Source: Octopus sinensis
Lineage: Eukaryota
NCBI RefSeq assembly: GCF_006345805.1
Contig: NW_021827286.1
Location: 1 to 10,571, forward strand
Direction of reading: 5' to 3'
Length of the DNA stretch: 10,571 nucleotides
Both the position numbers and the translations under genes were made by a program. The notes under the pieces were generated by a model. That model had not been told where the DNA came from. It made no database searches and worked only from the letters and a program-made list of their open reading frames with translations. Positions 8,715 to 10,571 of this stretch are shown here, piece by piece (position 1 is the stretch's first letter; every line of letters starts with the position of its first letter).

Positions 8715-8937
8715 CTGTTTTTGGCCTTCCACCCACATCACTACTTGAGACTCGGTGTCGGCGTGTTTACGGTATCCAGCGGTTCGGCAAATTATACCGA
8801 TATGATAAGTACCAAGCTGGAAAAATGCAAGTACGTGGGGTGTGGGGGGCGATTCGTTCGACTAAAATGTTCTTCAATGTGTTACTCCAGCATGGCCGCC
8901 GTCTCATGTCTGAAAGAAATGAAAGATAAAAGATACA
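8715..8937 (+). mobile_element. Older, diverged family A-related SINE tail
   Basis: gtgtttacg..cagcggttcggcaaa...accgatatgataagtacc...cgattcgttcgactaaaa...ctccagcatggccgc...tctgaaag...aagataaaagata is homologous to the family A tail, with indels. Confidence 0.8.
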
Positions 8938-9588
8938 TAGATGCATAAACATTTTTATGTATGTATATCTTACCGGACACACCTACACAACATATGTGCT
9001 TTACTTCTTCGCCGGTCGGCTGCAATTTAACGAGGTGGAGAAGACTCTCTCAAAATGTCGGGTGTTAAAGCACTTGAAAATCGTAGTCATAGACAGGGGA
9101 GACAACGCATCCCAAGTCCCCTTCATGAGCGAGGAACATCGATGTTTCGCGATTTTTCTAGCTTACCAATATCACCTATGTGAGCCAAACCTGACGCAAA
9201 TTAAATAGCCTGTACATGAGCATCTGTAAAATGGTGTGAAAACCTTCTGTTAGTATGCCAGAACGATGAATATGTAGGAATAAATTCAAACAAGAATTAG
9301 AAGCAGCGTGAGTGCTGTAAACCTTATCGAACACACATCCACAATGTATGTACTTTGCGTGTTCTTCGGTTGGGTGCGGTTTGATGCGGGGACAAGGATT
9401 ATTTCATTACTAGTTTTACTATGCACTTTGTAAATATTCCTAAGATTTACATTTTAAGGGGACTGCCCCAAGCCTTTATCATTTTTATAGACGTTGCACA
9501 TTGCGAGATATTCACCTAATCTGCTCTTGACTGGGCTTTACAAGAATTTTGTCAACTTTTGATTCCGATTCTATAACAAACTCGAGTA

Positions 9589-9774
9589 ATTCTGAGCAGT
9601 ATTTGATTCCACCATGGAAGGCATCCATCATCCATCCATCCATCTAGCCATCTATCCATCTAGCCATTCATCCATCCATCAATCTAGCCATCCATCCACC
9701 TAACCTTCCATCCCTCCATCCATCCATGCAACCATTCTGAACAGTATTTGACTCCACCATGGAAAGCATCCATC
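9589..9774 (+). repeat. Two-copy direct repeat (41-bp unique core, period 145 bp), each copy followed by (CCAT)n
   Basis: attctgagcagtatttgattccaccatggaaggcatccatc (9589-9629) versus attctgaacagtatttgactccaccatggaaagcatccatc (9734-9774): 3 transitions. Confidence 0.9.
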
Positions 9775-9848
9775 CATCCATCCATCCATCCATCTGTCTA
9801 TCCATCCATCCATCCATCTGTCTATCCATCTGTCTATCCGTCTGTCTG

Positions 9849-9938
<90 letters not shown>

Positions 9939-9942
9939 CATC
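9766..9942. repeat. Compound tetranucleotide microsatellite (CCAT)n-(CTGT)n-(CTAT)n
   Basis: Directly visible; source of the SIHP/SIYL ORFs. Confidence 0.97.
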
Positions 9943-9949
9943 TACCGAT

Positions 9950-10150
9950 TGTTATGTGTATATATAAAATGTATATCATATATATATAAATGTATATATT
10001 CATATATACATTTATATGTATGCATATGTATGAATGTATGTATGTATATATATATATATGTGTTGTGTGTGTGTGTGTGAATAAACACAGAATATATAAG
10101 TGTGTGTATGTGCGCATTAATATGAGAAATTTCATATATACACATATGTG
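9950..10150. repeat. Degenerate TA/TG-rich low-complexity tract
   Basis: Directly visible. Confidence 0.85.
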
Positions 10151-10419
10151 TATGTGTCGTGCATTGTAGTTAGGCCTGCACAATGATATATCATCCTATA
10201 CTTATATAAACTGCTCTGAGCAAGGCGTGAGGGAGCCGAATATTTTCCGCCAACCCCTCACGGTCGAGTGCACTTTTCAATACTTATCATTACAACAAAA
10301 CGTTTGACGAAGTCCTGTTTCCTTGTCACTTTCAGATATATTTCTGTGTGAAAGCCCTGTTTGAAAGACAAAAAATGTGGGCTTTAAAAATCTGCACCTG
10401 TCCCCTTTCTTTCACTTCA

Positions 10420-10477
10420 TCTCTTTCGTCGCATTCTTCTCTTTCGTCTCATGCTTGTCTCTGTCGCTGTCTGTCTG

Positions 10478-10509
<32 letters not shown>

Positions 10510-10510
10510 A
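10420..10510. repeat. Pyrimidine-rich (CT)n/(CTGT)n tract
   Basis: Directly visible. Confidence 0.85.
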
Positions 10511-10571
10511 TTCGCTCTTAACGTATTATCTTATCTTTCTGTCTTTCGATCTGAAGATTCCATTTTATTCT

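Noticed and set aside
9275-9313. Micro-exon NKFKQELEAA ending at GTGAGT
   Set aside because: No polypyrimidine tract at the acceptor, and upstream frames are closed.
338-10183. ORF-track proteins rich in I/L/Y/H/T/S-L repeats, and recurring MSSNARG.../PGTMWL... ORFs
   Set aside because: These are translations of microsatellites and SINE copies. Only parts of 498..680 and 1684..2025 reflect real, dead retrotransposon coding sequence.
1-10571. CRISPR-like repeat-spacer array or prokaryotic operon
   Set aside because: Repeats are dispersed SINEs and microsatellites in eukaryotic DNA, with no regular spacers and no intact genes.

Overview
Repeat-dense, AT-rich eukaryotic non-coding DNA with no intact protein-coding gene. 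The SINE families look like the Octopus/cephalopod tRNA-derived SINEs; this is recognition from memory, not a search result. Contents: (i) two divergent, decayed 3' fragments of restriction-like-endonuclease (RLE) non-LTR retrotransposons of R4/Dong type (~493-1126 and ~1911-2840), head-to-tail around a (TAA)n/(AAG)n array; (ii) several full or partial copies of a ~410-470 bp tRNA-derived SINE ('family A': head, internal microsatellite, tail), including a tail-to-tail inverted pair at 7841-8677; (iii) a dimeric SINE of a second family ('family B') inserted as one unit with a 15-bp target-site duplication; (iv) a probable very old AP-endonuclease LINE remnant on the minus strand; (v) a T-rich repeat carrying a degenerate minimal hammerhead-like motif reminiscent of Penelope-like elements; (vi) many microsatellites. 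Almost all ORFs in the supplied track are artefacts of microsatellites or SINEs. I see no strong evidence for a wholly new biological system. The best leads concern retroelement biology.
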